Source: Candidatus Marinacidobacterales bacterium (GTDB lineage Bacteria; Acidobacteriota; Vicinamibacteria; Marinacidobacterales; SMYC01). From it: DNA of 64,000 nucleotides. The stretch covers positions 864,001 to 928,000 of the forward strand of contig CBDCYI010000011.1 of the NCBI GenBank assembly GCA_965224085.1. Reading direction: 5' to 3'. A program made the translations under genes and the position numbers. The notes under the pieces were generated by a model. It had not been told where the DNA came from. It made no database searches and saw nothing but the letters and a program-made list of their open reading frames with translations. Positions 1 to 10,370 of the stretch are shown piece after piece. Each line of letters opens with the position of its first letter. Positions within the stretch are counted from its first letter, which is position 1.

Positions 1-382
1 GGCACATGAAAAAGGCCCTTGCTCCACTACTTTTCGTCGACGAGCAACTTGACGCCGACCGCGAGACCCGAGACCCCGTCTTGCCAGCTCTGCCCTCGAC
101 TTCGGCCAAAAACAAAAAGAGCGTCCGTCGCACATCTGACGGATTACCTATTCACAGTTTCCCCACGCTTCTTGCCGAGCTTGCTACCCGCAGTCTCAAC
201 CTTTGCCAACTCAAAGCCGACCCGACCGCTCCACCATTCCAGATGGTGACCGAAGCCAACTCAACACAACAACGCGCAATGCAACTGCTCGGTTTGTTCC
301 CAGTGCCGGGAAACCTTCCCTGATGAAAAACTCCACGCGTTCAATACATTACGTCTGGCCTAAGCCGGGAACTTCCGCCTAG
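1..382 (+). mobile_element. IS1634-family element, right end (partial)
   Basis: Transposase C-terminus followed by GGGAACTTCCGCCTAG, the probable terminal repeat ending at ~382. Confidence 0.7.
6..323 (+). CDS. IS1634-family DDE transposase, C-terminal part (5' end outside window)
   Basis: LAPLLFVDE...RDPV...DGLPIHSFPTLLAELAT...TQQRAMQLLG resembles IS1634 transposase C-termini. Confidence 0.75.
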   Translation: MKKALAPLLFVDEQLDADRETRDPVLPALPSTSAKNKKSVRRTSDGLPIHSFPTLLAELATRSLNLCQLKADPTAPPFQMVTEANSTQQRAMQLLGLFPVPGNLP

Positions 383-571
383 AGGTTGCGGGAATCAACA
401 GCGAGGGCCGCTTCGTCTACCGCTATCGAAAGCTCGAGATCTACGTCGTTCGGATCGACGTCTCCCGCCGCGCCCGACGCTTCCCGCTGTCCGTCTCTAC
501 GGCGTTGTTGCGAGGCTCCCGGACGACACCTTCGAAACGTTGGGCGTCACGGTGAAACGCGGCTATTTCGA

Positions 572-1898
572 TTAAGGAAATGCCCACCGCAACGTCATCA
601 AAAACTCGTCATGCCCGATCTGTTTGCTCGCTTCGATATCGTTAAACGCATATTCCAACAGAAGGTCGACGTTTTGTTGGATCGCAACGCGCATGCCGAC
701 ATCGATCTTCGTCCAATCCCACATGATGCTCGGTGCGACGAATCCACGCGGCGCTCGAAAATCGTTCTCGAGCCGGCTCACGCGCAGGACGGGCTCGATG
801 GCCGTAAAGAGCGCGCCGGGGTCACCCGCATCGCCCGTAGCGATCTCGTAACCGAGCTCGAGCTCGATCCCCCTTCTCGGAAGTGACGCAACTTCCTCGT
901 CGACATATTGCAAGAACAAACCCAAGCCATTGAATTCCGCGTCGATGTTAAAGCCCCATTCACGCCGTCTATCACCTTCGATAGGAAGGCTTGCGCCGCT
1001 GCCGTTGAGAAGATCCAAGTCGCCTTCGTAAAACGTTCCGTTGAGGTGCGCGGCCTCCGAAAGCGTCGTTTGGTAGTAGAACCCGAGCACGTCGAGCCCT
1101 CTTCGCTGATCCTCGGATACGAAGCGGATGCCCGCACCGAAACCGCCTTCGAGATTCTCGCCGAAACCGATCTCCTCGACCTCGGCGTGATACAGAATCG
1201 GGAAGCCTGATTCGAGAGTGATGTCCGGGTTCGGCGGAAGCTCGACCCCGTTATCTCCCGCGAGCGCGTTTGGATCGCGAAAGAAGGTCGGGTTGCCGCT
1301 TGAGACTTGAGCACGAAAGTACACAAGGCTTCCGAGACTCCCGCCGACTTGGAGCTGAACGTCGTTGAAGCGATTGAACGACGTCGCGACGAGCCCATAG
1401 CTCTCGAGGCGACGGATCAGTTGGCGTTCGACCTTGGGAGCCTTTCCGAACAAAGCGTAGAGATGGCTCCCCGGGACGGGCTCGAGCGACTCGTATTTAG
1501 CCCCGAAACGGAGATAGGCCTCCTCGACGTCGACTTTCTGGTCCGAGCTCGTCGGGTTACGGTTGTAGATGTCGATGAAATCGATCCGTACGCGCCCGAA
1601 GATGGCGCGCGGAAAGTCGGCCTCGATAAAAATCGTTGCACGGCTCAGCTCGAGGGACGAGCCGGGCGAGACCGTGCGCATCGATACGTGGTCGCGCCCC
1701 TGGGGCGCGAAGTTGGGAGGAAAAAACGGGAGGATGAGCTCGTCATCCTCGGACCATCGATAGTGCGCATTGATCTCGCCAGAGATACGAAAGTCGATGC
1801 CCTCCGGCTCCTGAAAGGGCTCTTCGTCATCGTCTTGCGCAAAAAAGCTTCCCAAAAACCACAAAGAGCGTGAGCAGCAACACCAATAATGGACGCAT
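572..1898 (-). CDS. Putative outer-membrane beta-barrel/porin
   Basis: Amphipathic beta-strands and C-terminal LRWAF. A signal peptide MRPLLVLLLTLFVVFG from ATG 1898 joins ORF 572..1864 if one base of the A6 run (1841-1846) is removed. Confidence 0.65.
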
Positions 1899-2172
1899 GG
1901 TTTTCAGGGTTCGGGCAAGAACAAATGCCGATTCTTGGGCCCAATCTTATAAAGGGCGCCCGTATGGCAGGGTGCGAGAGCAAATAATATCGAGATATGT
2001 GCTTGTCAACCAAGAGCCGAGCAACGAAGCCAGACGGCATAGAGTGTCCGAGAATCGGTAGTTTTTCGTGCCCGCTCCCTTAGGGATGGTATGGTTAGCG
2101 CGTGGCGCCGTCAAGTCGCGCGCGCACGAGCTTGTGCTACCATGTAGCACTTCTTCCGACGGGGCGTGATCG

Positions 2173-2842
2173 ATGCACCGATATTTCTTCTTCTTTCTTT
2201 TCGTAAATGGCGTTGGGTCCGGAGAGGCTCGCGGCCCAAATCTCGGGCCGCGTCGTGCTTCTCGAGAAGGACGGCGTCGAGCGCAAAGCTTCGACAGACG
2301 TCCTCGTTTATATAGAGGACGCCGGCGTGCCCGCTCCTTCGGAGGCGAGCGCGCGGACGGTCACCATCAGATCCAAGAACAAGAAATTCGAGCCTCACGT
2401 GACCGCGGTGACGGTCGGGATGGGCATCGAGTTTCCGAATCTGGACAACATCATGCACAACGTGTTCTCGATCTCGAAGGGGAACAGGTTCGATCTCGGC
2501 CTCTACAAATCGGGAGCCAAGAAGGACTTCGTGTTCGAGAATACCGGCCTTGTTCGGGTGTACTGCAACATCCATCCGCACATGAGCGCCTTCGTGCAAG
2601 TGTTGCCGAACGCGTATTACGCCTGGGTTGCCCCTGACGGAAGCTTCCGCATCGACGATGTGCCACAAGGTACTTTCTCCCTCGCCGTGTGGCACGAGCA
2701 AGGCTCGACGCGGCAACCCGTCGTCGTCACCGATCAGGGGGCGAGCGGTGTGCGCATCGAGCTCGACGTCTCGAAATACAAGAAGCGCCCACACTTGAAC
2801 AAATTCGGCAAGCCTTACAAGAGGAAGCGTGGCAAGTACTGA
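2173..2842 (+). CDS. Secreted cupredoxin-like / carboxypeptidase-regulatory-like domain protein
   Basis: FPNLDNIMHNVFS and YCNIHPHMSA motifs plus a C-terminal beta-sandwich. Signal peptide from ATG 2173 needs a 1-nt correction near 2205; supplied ORF is 2207..2842. Confidence 0.75.
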
Positions 2843-5486
2843 TTCGTTCTGGTCTCGCTTGGGCCTACAGGCCAAGATCTTCCTTCTCTCACTGCTGGTA
2901 GTGGTCGGGCTGACCGGATCGCTTCTGCTCTTCTCGTTTCAACGCGCGGACGCTTTGGCTAGGGAATCACTACGCACTGCGCTCGCGAGCACCCGCGGTC
3001 TGTTTGAGAATCTCGAGGCTGATCGCATCGACAAGCTCTCGCTCATCAATTCCGTCATCGTGGAGAGCCCTTATTTCAAAGCGGCCGTGGCCGAGTTGGA
3101 CGAGGCCACGACGCTCGATACCGCGAGAACGATGATGGACCAAGTCGGGAGCGACTTCATGATCGTGACCGACTATGAAGGCCTCGTGGTGGCCCGCACG
3201 GATCTTCCAGCGTCGGCCGGATTGGATTTGTCCGAAGATCCGCTCGTGGCTTACGCGCTCGGCGGCGAAGAGGTCGGGGGCGTCTGGCACGAAGGCGAGC
3301 GGCTCTATCACGCAGTGTCGATTCCGATCCTTATCGGCCCCGAGCTTCTCGGGTCGGTCGTTTCGGGCTACGAAATCGGAGACGTGCTCGCCGGGGATAT
3401 CAAGCGGTTCGCCAATAGCGAAGTCGTCTTCTTCATGAAAACCGCGAGTGGCTTCGAGCAGGCCGGCTCGACGCTCGCCGAGAACACAAAGACCCTCGCT
3501 TCCTGGCTCGACGCGGAGACGATGCCGACGGACGCTGAAGATGTGCGCATCGAGCTGACGGGCCAGACCTATCAGGCTGTCTTCGCTCCGCTTCTCACCG
3601 CGGAAGGAGAGAGTGCGGGAGTCTTTGCCGCGCTCCGCTCACGCGACCGTGAGCTCGCGGCGTTTCGAACGTTCCAGCAAAGTGTCGCGCTCGCGGGCCT
3701 TCTCGGCATCGGCCTCGCCGCTCTCGCGAGCCATCTCGTTGCGCGGGGCCTCGCACAGCCCATTCGTGACCTCGTGGAAGTGACCAATCGGATCCGGGAA
3801 GGCGACTATGCGAGCGACGTCGAGATTCGCTCGGCCGACGAGATTGGGGCACTCGCCAAATCCTTTCGCATTCTCTTGCGCGAGCTTCGGGAAAAACAGG
3901 AAATGGAAAAGTTCATTTCCCAATCCGCGGCCGAGATGATCCAGCGTTCGGGAGCCAATATCGGCGCCGGGGAGCGTCAGCCGGTCACGGTCTTGTTCTC
4001 GGACTTGAAATCACACGCGGCGTTTCGCGATGGTACCGAAAAGCCTGTCGAAGTGCTGTCGCGAGTGAACGACGCTTTGAGCGGCCAAGCGGAGCTGGTC
4101 ACACGCTATGGCGGTCTCGTCGACAAGTTCATCGGCGATCGGATGATGGCTGTTTTCAAAGGCGGGGATCGTGTGTGGCCCGCGGTCCGCTGCGCCATTT
4201 CGATCCAGCACTTGATGGAGCTCGACGACAAAGACCCGGATAGCGTGCTCGTTCCAGGTATCGGCGTGAGCGCGGGCGATGCCGTCTTCGGAGCCGTCGG
4301 GAGCAACGATCGTCTCGACTATTCGCTGCTCGGCCCGGCGGTCCACATCGCGGGACGGCTTGCCTCCGACGCGCTCCCCGGGGACGTATTGCTGTCCCAA
4401 GACGCGTTCGAAACGGTCAAAGATCGGATGTCGGGCGAAGCGCTAGCGCCGATGAAGCTGCACGGCTTCGACGAGCCAGTCGGCGTGTTCAGCCTCGCCA
4501 CGGGAACGACGCGCCAGAGCCAAATCTTCGAGGCGCGCTCGGCCGCGGCGCCGGATGGGGAAGTGACGTGGGTAGCGGGCGCCAGGGGACAAGAGGATCC
4601 AGACCGGCCGGCAATGACGCTGAGCTCCCTCGAGCCCGGGACGATCCTCGCCAAGCGCTACGAGATTCGACGCGTTCTTGGCAGCGGCGGGATGGGTATG
4701 GTCTTTCAAGCCCATGATCGCGATTTGGACGAGCCGGTGGCGCTCAAAGTGTTGCGTCCGGAGACTTTGTCGCTGGACCCGAGCATTCTCGAGCGATTCA
4801 AAACAGAGATTCGCGTCGCACGGCGCATCGCGCATCGCAACATCGTCCGCACGTACGATTTCGGGGAAGCGGACGGCATCCAGTTCATCAGCATGGAATT
4901 CGTGCAAGGCATGACCCTCAAGCAGCTGATCCGGAGCCGCGGCCGTTTGCCGCTCAAAGTGGGTCTCCAGATTGCGAAGCAGATGTGCACTGGCCTTGCA
5001 GCCGCTCATGAGGCCAAAGTCGTGCATCGCGACGTCAAACCGCAGAACATCATGCTCACCCATCAGAGCGATGTAAAGCTCATGGACTTTGGCATCGTGC
5101 GGGAGCAAGAAAAAGTCAGCAGGACCCAGACTGGGCTCGTGATGGGCACCCCGGATTACATGTCGCCCGAGCAAGCCCAGGGAAAGAGCGGTCTCGATTT
5201 CCGGAGCGACATCTATTCGGTCGGGGTCGTGTTCTTCGAGATGTTCACCGGCGGTCTGCCGTTCTCGGGCGATTCCGCTTTCAGCGTCGCTTTGAAGCAC
5301 GTCCAGGAATTGGCTCCGACGCCGCGCTCGGTGAACGCGAAAATCCCCGAAGCTCTCGACGGTATCATCGTCCGCTGCATGGCGAAAGATCCGGCGACGC
5401 GCTTTCAACAGATCGGCGAGCTCCAGGCGGATCTCTATCGGATTTCGAACACGGCCAGCGTCGCCGCAAAGTTGACCCCCGCGTAG
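2829..5486 (+). CDS. Membrane sensor: TM-Cache-TM-HAMP, class III nucleotide cyclase-like domain, Ser/Thr kinase
   Basis: Two TM helices; HAMP (DEIGALAKSF); cyclase motifs VLFSDL and VDKFIGD; kinase motifs GSGGMG, VALK, HRDVKPQN, DFG, GTPDYMSPEQ. Confidence 0.88.
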   Translation: MASTDSFWSRLGLQAKIFLLSLLVVVGLTGSLLLFSFQRADALARESLRTALASTRGLFENLEADRIDKLSLINSVIVESPYFKAAVAELDEATTLDTARTMMDQVGSDFMIVTDYEGLVVARTDLPASAGLDLSEDPLVAYALGGEEVGGVWHEGERLYHAVSIPILIGPELLGSVVSGYEIGDVLAGDIKRFANSEVVFFMKTASGFEQAGSTLAENTKTLASWLDAETMPTDAEDVRIELTGQTYQAVFAPLLTAEGESAGVFAALRSRDRELAAFRTFQQSVALAGLLGIGLAALASHLVARGLAQPIRDLVEVTNRIREGDYASDVEIRSADEIGALAKSFRILLRELREKQEMEKFISQSAAEMIQRSGANIGAGERQPVTVLFSDLKSHAAFRDGTEKPVEVLSRVNDALSGQAELVTRYGGLVDKFIGDRMMAVFKGGDRVWPAVRCAISIQHLMELDDKDPDSVLVPGIGVSAGDAVFGAVGSNDRLDYSLLGPAVHIAGRLASDALPGDVLLSQDAFETVKDRMSGEALAPMKLHGFDEPVGVFSLATGTTRQSQIFEARSAAAPDGEVTWVAGARGQEDPDRPAMTLSSLEPGTILAKRYEIRRVLGSGGMGMVFQAHDRDLDEPVALKVLRPETLSLDPSILERFKTEIRVARRIAHRNIVRTYDFGEADGIQFISMEFVQGMTLKQLIRSRGRLPLKVGLQIAKQMCTGLAAAHEAKVVHRDVKPQNIMLTHQSDVKLMDFGIVREQEKVSRTQTGLVMGTPDYMSPEQAQGKSGLDFRSDIYSVGVVFFEMFTGGLPFSGDSAFSVALKHVQELAPTPRSVNAKIPEALDGIIVRCMAKDPATRFQQIGELQADLYRISNTASVAAKLTPA

Positions 5487-5562
5487 CCAGCCCCTATCAT
5501 TAGAGAAATCCGAAAATGCGTCACTGAGTGGACCGAAGCTCGCGTCGTTTCGCGCGCCGGTC

Positions 5563-6693
5563 GTGAATCTCGTCCCGGAGACTTCCAACATCGTGTCCAT
5601 AGAGTTGGGATTGAACAGAAGAAGCTCGGGAGAGCTATTGGCTCTCGTCGGCCGCGAAATCGAGTCGCCTCTCGCGGCGCTCTTGGCCAAGGTTCGCGCC
5701 TTCGACCAGAAACATGAAGAGGGCGGCCGCGCGGCCGAGCTCGTGGAGCTCGGACGCGTGCTCGAAGGCGTCCTCGAGCCGCTCATAGCGCTCGCGGTTT
5801 ACGAGCGAGCCGCCGGGCCTTCGCTGCTCGAGCGCGTTGCTCTGACTGCGATGCTCGAGACCATCGCCAAGAAACCGCGGCTCGCCGGTAGGTTCCGTTT
5901 GTCGATTCGGGGCGAGCTCGGGACGAGTATCGTAGATCCGAAGCGTCTCGAGCAAGGGCTCGAGCTCTTCATGCAGCTCGTGTCGGGGATGTCGTCCGTG
6001 AACACACGGCTCGAAGCGCGCCGCGAAGTGCATGCTTCGACCGATCACATGGTCCTCGTGGCGCGCACGATGGACGGTGCTGCGAGAGCGAATGATATTC
6101 AGATCGCACTCGTGCAGAGATTGGCCGAATTGATGCACGGAGTCCTCGAGATCGAGAAAGACGATGGCGAGGTCACGCTACGCCTGTCCCTTGCTGTCAG
6201 TCACTCTCCGGCAGCCTCTGACGATGAGGTAGCGGTGAGAGCTCCCGTACTCGCTTTCCCCCCGCCGAGTTCGGCCACAGCCAAGGAAAAGGAAGCAGAA
6301 ATCGCGCCCAAGGAGCTTCCGCCCGTCATACTCGTCGCAGATCGCGAGCCGGCCGCGCGGGACTATATGTCCCGACTGCTCGTCGTCGAAGGCTACGAGG
6401 TCGTGACAGCTTCAACGCTCGAAGAGGCCTACGAGCGCGCTCGCGCGATTCGCCCGGACGTCATCACGCTCGATCACATGCAGCTACGGCTGGACGCAGT
6501 CGATTGGTTTAAGCGCTTCAAGGACGATCCTGCGGTCGCGAACATCCCTATCGTGTTGATCCGGAGTCCGGACTTCGAAGAATCGGTCGGACCCCTACGC
6601 GCTGCAGAGCTCGTGGACAAACCCATCGAACCCGATGAGCTCGTGCGCGCAATCGAACGGCAGACGAGAGCACGTCTTTCGACTAACACCTGA
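5563..6693 (+). CDS. Degenerate histidine-kinase-like region fused to a receiver domain
   Basis: GREIESPL (H-box without His), DPKRLEQGL and eroded G boxes; REC domain with PDVITLD and DKPIEPDEL. Confidence 0.7.
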   Translation: MNLVPETSNIVSIELGLNRRSSGELLALVGREIESPLAALLAKVRAFDQKHEEGGRAAELVELGRVLEGVLEPLIALAVYERAAGPSLLERVALTAMLETIAKKPRLAGRFRLSIRGELGTSIVDPKRLEQGLELFMQLVSGMSSVNTRLEARREVHASTDHMVLVARTMDGAARANDIQIALVQRLAELMHGVLEIEKDDGEVTLRLSLAVSHSPAASDDEVAVRAPVLAFPPPSSATAKEKEAEIAPKELPPVILVADREPAARDYMSRLLVVEGYEVVTASTLEEAYERARAIRPDVITLDHMQLRLDAVDWFKRFKDDPAVANIPIVLIRSPDFEESVGPLRAAELVDKPIEPDELVRAIERQTRARLSTNT

Positions 6694-6705
6694 AAAACAG
6701 CGGGC

Positions 6706-7581
6706 TCACTTGTGTCGCGGAGCGCTCGGGTAATTGATGCGGATGTTCACGATCCCGAGCTCGACCCGCCGGTTCTTGGCACGCGCGTCGTCGGAAGTGC
6801 CTTGAACGAGAGGCTGCTTCTTGCCCCAGCCTTGGACGCTTAGAATTTCTTCGCTGATTTTGGCCTCGACGAGGTAATCGCGAACGGCGGCGGCGCGGCG
6901 CTCCGAGAGCCCGTCATTATATTCGTCGCTGCCGACGTCGTCGGTATGTCCGTTGATCGCGATCGTGTAGTCCTGCGACGTGAGAAGGATTCCGGCGATT
7001 CGGCTCAATAGCTCTTTGTCCTCCGGCTTCAAATCCGCTTTGTCGAAGTCGAATTTGAGCGTATCCTCGCCGAGATTCATCACGATCCCGAGCGCCGTGC
7101 GCCGTGTGTCTGCGATCTTGCCGAGTGCTTCTTCGAGACGGTCGAGCTCCGCTTGCGCTTCCGCGCGGATACGATCGGCCTCCGCGCGCGCGCGGGCGGC
7201 TTCCTCCCGCGACGTGACGGCATCAGCTCGCGACGTGGCGGCATCAGCTCGCGACGTGGCAGCATCTTCACGAGCGGCCAACACGTCTTCCTCGGCGCGG
7301 GCCGCATCCGCTTCGGCGAGCTGGCGCCCTTCCGCGGCTTGGCGGGCCGCCTCTTCCGCACGCACGGCACGCGCCAGCGCGCGCTCCGAGGCATCGGTCG
7401 CCTCGATCGCTTGCGTGCTCAAATCTCCGATTTGCGATTCGATGGCGTCCAGTTGACCTAGAACCTGTAATCCGAGAAAGCCCACCGCGGCGAGCAGCAA
7501 AACGAAAGCGACCAGCACGAGCGACAGCTTGGGGCTCTTGCCGCCCGTCGTCGTCGATCCGGTATCCGTCGTAAGACTCAT
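6706..7581 (-). CDS. OmpA/MotB-family membrane-anchored protein with coiled-coil stalk
   Basis: N-terminal TM; FDFDKADL, GHTDDVGSDEYNDGLSERRA, NRRVE. Confidence 0.9.
   Translation of the reverse strand: MSLTTDTGSTTTGGKSPKLSLVLVAFVLLLAAVGFLGLQVLGQLDAIESQIGDLSTQAIEATDASERALARAVRAEEAARQAAEGRQLAEADAARAEEDVLAAREDAATSRADAATSRADAVTSREEAARARAEADRIRAEAQAELDRLEEALGKIADTRRTALGIVMNLGEDTLKFDFDKADLKPEDKELLSRIAGILLTSQDYTIAINGHTDDVGSDEYNDGLSERRAAAVRDYLVEAKISEEILSVQGWGKKQPLVQGTSDDARAKNRRVELGIVNIRINYPSAPRHK
7208..7266. repeat. 21-bp in-frame tandem repeat (~2.8 copies) inside the OmpA-family gene
   Basis: Unit CGCGACGTG(A/G)CGGCATCAGCT, encoding ADAATSR heptads. Confidence 0.85.
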
Positions 7582-7735
7582 GCTCTTCCTATCTTTGTTC
7601 GTTCGAAGCTTGTTGGTGGCTCGTTAGCCTTGCGCGCGTTGCTTCCAGCTTAGCGCAAACGACGTCAAGGGACTATCAATGTGTATCAATATGTATCGAT
7701 ATGCATCGTGGAGAGGAGACGGTCGCGTGTGGACG

Positions 7736-9841
7736 CTAGAGCGCGAAGTCCTTGAAGCTCTTGCCTTCCTTGGCGAGCTGCGTAAGAAGAGGCGCGGGCT
7801 TCATCCACTCACCTTGTTCGTCGTGGAGGCGCACCATAGTCTCGTGGATCTTGTCGATCCCCACCGTGTCCGCGTAGAACATTGGCCCGCCGCGATAGCG
7901 CGGAAAACCGTACCCGTAAATCCAAACGATGTCGATGTCGCCCGGCCGAAGTGCTACCCCCTCCTCGAGTATCTTCGCGCCCTCGTTGATGAGCGGGAAC
8001 ATGCAGCGCTCGACGATCTCCTCGTCGCTGATGGCGCGCCGCTCGAAGCCGAGCTCTTTCGAGACCTCGACAACGAGCGCTTCGATCTCTGGATCGGGGA
8101 TGGGGGTGCGGCTGCCTTCTTCGTAGCGGTACCAGCCCGCGCCTGTCTTCTGGCCGAAGCGCTCCATTTCGCAGATGCGGTCCGGGATGGGGGAGTAGCG
8201 CAGCTCTTTCGGCCGCGTTGGCGCTTGTCGTTTGCGGATGGCCCAGCCGATATCGAGCCCGGCGAGATCCGCCATCGCGAACGGACCCATCGGAAGGCCG
8301 AAATCGAAGAGCGCGCTATCGACTTGCCGCGGAAGAGCGCCTTCTTCGAGTAGGAAATCCGCTTGCCGGCGATAAGCGTAGAGCATGCGGTTGCCGACGA
8401 AGCCGTCGCATACACCGACGAGCACCCCGACTTTCCCGATCTTTTTCGAGAGCTTCATGACCGTTGCGATCGTCTTTTTCGATGTCTTCTCACCACGCAC
8501 GTTCTCCATCAGCTTCATGATGTTCGCGGGGCTGAAGAAATGCGTGCCGATGACGAGCTCCGGGCGCTTGGTCGCGTCGGCGATCTCGTTGACGTCGAGC
8601 GTGGACGTGTTCGTCGCGAGGATCGTGTCGTCTTTGCAGATTTCGTCGAGGCGGCGGAAGATATCTTTTTTGACGTCCATCTCTTCGAAGACCGCTTCGA
8701 CGACGAGGTCCGCGTCCGCGAGCTCCGAAGCTTCGAGCGTTCCGTGAAGACGCCCCACGCGTTCGTCCATGTCGTCTTGCGACAGCCGGCCTTTCGAGAC
8801 GCTCGATGCATAGAGCCCACGGATCTTCTCGAGGCCGCGCTCGAGGAACGCCTCGTTGCTCTCGAGAACGATCACGGGGAAGCCGGCATTCGCGAAGCTC
8901 ATCGCGATACCGCCTCCCATCGTGCCACAGCCGACGACACCGACACGGCCGATCTCTTGCGCCGGCGTGTCCTTCGGAACGTCGGGGATCTTAGCGATTG
9001 CGCGCTCGGCGAAAAAGACGTGCCGTTGCGCTTGCGCCTGTATCGAATTGACGAGGCCGATAAAGATCTCGCGCTCGCGCGCGAAACCTTCTTTGATCGG
9101 AAGCTCGACCGAAGCGCGCACCGCGTCGATGGCCGCGTACGGTGCTTTGAAGCCGCGCGCTTTCTTCGCGATGCTCTTTTTTACTCCGTCGAACAGAGCG
9201 TCGCCCGCTTCGACGGTCCCTTCGGAGGCCCGGCGGAAAGGCTTGTCTCCCGCGACGATGGCTCTCGCGTAGTCTTTGGCCGCGTCGACGACGTTGACGT
9301 TGACGTTGTCAGTGACGACTTGGTCCACGTAGCCGAGCTTCTCGGCTTTCGGTGCGGGCACGAGCTTCCCGGCGACGATGATGTCGAGCGCGGCGCCAAC
9401 GCCAATGAGCCGTGGCAAACGCTGCGTGCCGCCCGCGCCCGGGATGATGCCGAGCGTGACTTCCGGGAGGCCAAGGCGTGCGTCGACGGTGGCTACGCGT
9501 CCGTGACAGCCGAGCGCAAGCTCGAGCCCACCGCCAGCGGCGACACCTTGGATGGCGGCGACGATGGGTTTTGTGGAGGCTTCGAGCGCGTCGATGACGT
9601 CGGGAAGATGCGGCGTTTTCGGAGGCGGCTCTTTACCGAACTCCCGAATGTCGGCTCCCGCGCAAAAGAGCTTTCCTTTCCCCCCGACAACGATGGCCTT
9701 GACGCCGTCATCTTCTAGAGCTTTCGTGAGCTCTTCCGCGAGCGCCGTCCGCACGGCGGCCCCGAGCCCGTTCACGGGAGGGTTTTTAATCGACAGGACG
9801 CGAACGTAGCCGTCCTGAGTCACTTCGACCACGCTGCTCAT
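7736..9841 (-). CDS. Multifunctional enoyl-CoA hydratase / 3-hydroxyacyl-CoA dehydrogenase (FadB/FadN-like)
   Basis: GADIREF, GGGLELALGC, GCGTMGGGIA, EAVFE, HFFSPA, GFVGNR. Confidence 0.93.
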   Translation of the reverse strand: MSSVVEVTQDGYVRVLSIKNPPVNGLGAAVRTALAEELTKALEDDGVKAIVVGGKGKLFCAGADIREFGKEPPPKTPHLPDVIDALEASTKPIVAAIQGVAAGGGLELALGCHGRVATVDARLGLPEVTLGIIPGAGGTQRLPRLIGVGAALDIIVAGKLVPAPKAEKLGYVDQVVTDNVNVNVVDAAKDYARAIVAGDKPFRRASEGTVEAGDALFDGVKKSIAKKARGFKAPYAAIDAVRASVELPIKEGFAREREIFIGLVNSIQAQAQRHVFFAERAIAKIPDVPKDTPAQEIGRVGVVGCGTMGGGIAMSFANAGFPVIVLESNEAFLERGLEKIRGLYASSVSKGRLSQDDMDERVGRLHGTLEASELADADLVVEAVFEEMDVKKDIFRRLDEICKDDTILATNTSTLDVNEIADATKRPELVIGTHFFSPANIMKLMENVRGEKTSKKTIATVMKLSKKIGKVGVLVGVCDGFVGNRMLYAYRRQADFLLEEGALPRQVDSALFDFGLPMGPFAMADLAGLDIGWAIRKRQAPTRPKELRYSPIPDRICEMERFGQKTGAGWYRYEEGSRTPIPDPEIEALVVEVSKELGFERRAISDEEIVERCMFPLINEGAKILEEGVALRPGDIDIVWIYGYGFPRYRGGPMFYADTVGIDKIHETMVRLHDEQGEWMKPAPLLTQLAKEGKSFKDFAL

Positions 9842-9926
9842 GAGACCTCCACCTGATATTCTTTTGAAACCGCTGGACGAGGGCTTGCTACTTTAGCAGA
9901 GCTTGCCGAGGAACGTTAGAAGAAAA

Positions 9927-10370
9927 ATGACCGACCCCGTGCCGTACGACGCCTTCGCCGAGATCTACGACGCCTGGGCCGAGAGCGCTCCCATCACTCG
10001 CGAAAATCAGGAGTTCTACGTAAAGCGCCTCGTGGAAGCGGAAGGGCCCGCGGTCGAGCTCGGTGTCGGCAATGGCCGCATTTGCGTCGAAGCGGCCAAG
10101 CGGGGCAAAGCTGTCATCGGTGTCGACTCATCCGAGAAGATCCTCGACCTGTGCGAGTCACGCGCACGCAGCGCTGGCGTCATCGACCGCGTGACGCTCA
10201 TCAAGGGCGATTTTCGCGATTTCGAGCTTCCCGAGCCGGCTGCGCTCATCACGATCCCCTTCCACAGCATCGGTCATTTAATAAAGGAGGAGGACAAGCG
10301 CCGGGCGCTCGCGACCATCCCGCGGGCAGCTGCGGTCCGCCGGTTATTTCATCTTCGACCATTTCATCTT
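9927..10370 (+). pseudogene. Class I SAM-dependent methyltransferase, frameshifted and truncated
   Basis: ELGVGNGR motif I, GVDSS, GDFRDF; frameshift near 10320, then sequence switches to an unrelated gene near 10370. Confidence 0.75.

Noticed and set aside
383-575. 3' remnant of a gene interrupted by IS1634 (…FETLGVTVKRGYFD*)
   Set aside because: Plausible, but frameshifted and unidentifiable, so not called as a feature
7208-7266. Tandem repeat as a CRISPR array
   Set aside because: No spacers; in-frame coiled-coil coding repeat; no cas genes in the window
9291-9308. ACGTTG x3 microsatellite in the fadB-like gene; also CCGTA x3 near 44187-44201
   Set aside because: Too short; consistent with ordinary slippage
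4443-9718. Long antisense ORFs (4443..5786, 8363..9718 and similar, e.g. 49635..50678, 51760..52989)
   Set aside because: Shadow frames of well-supported genes in GC-rich DNA, with no recognisable motifs
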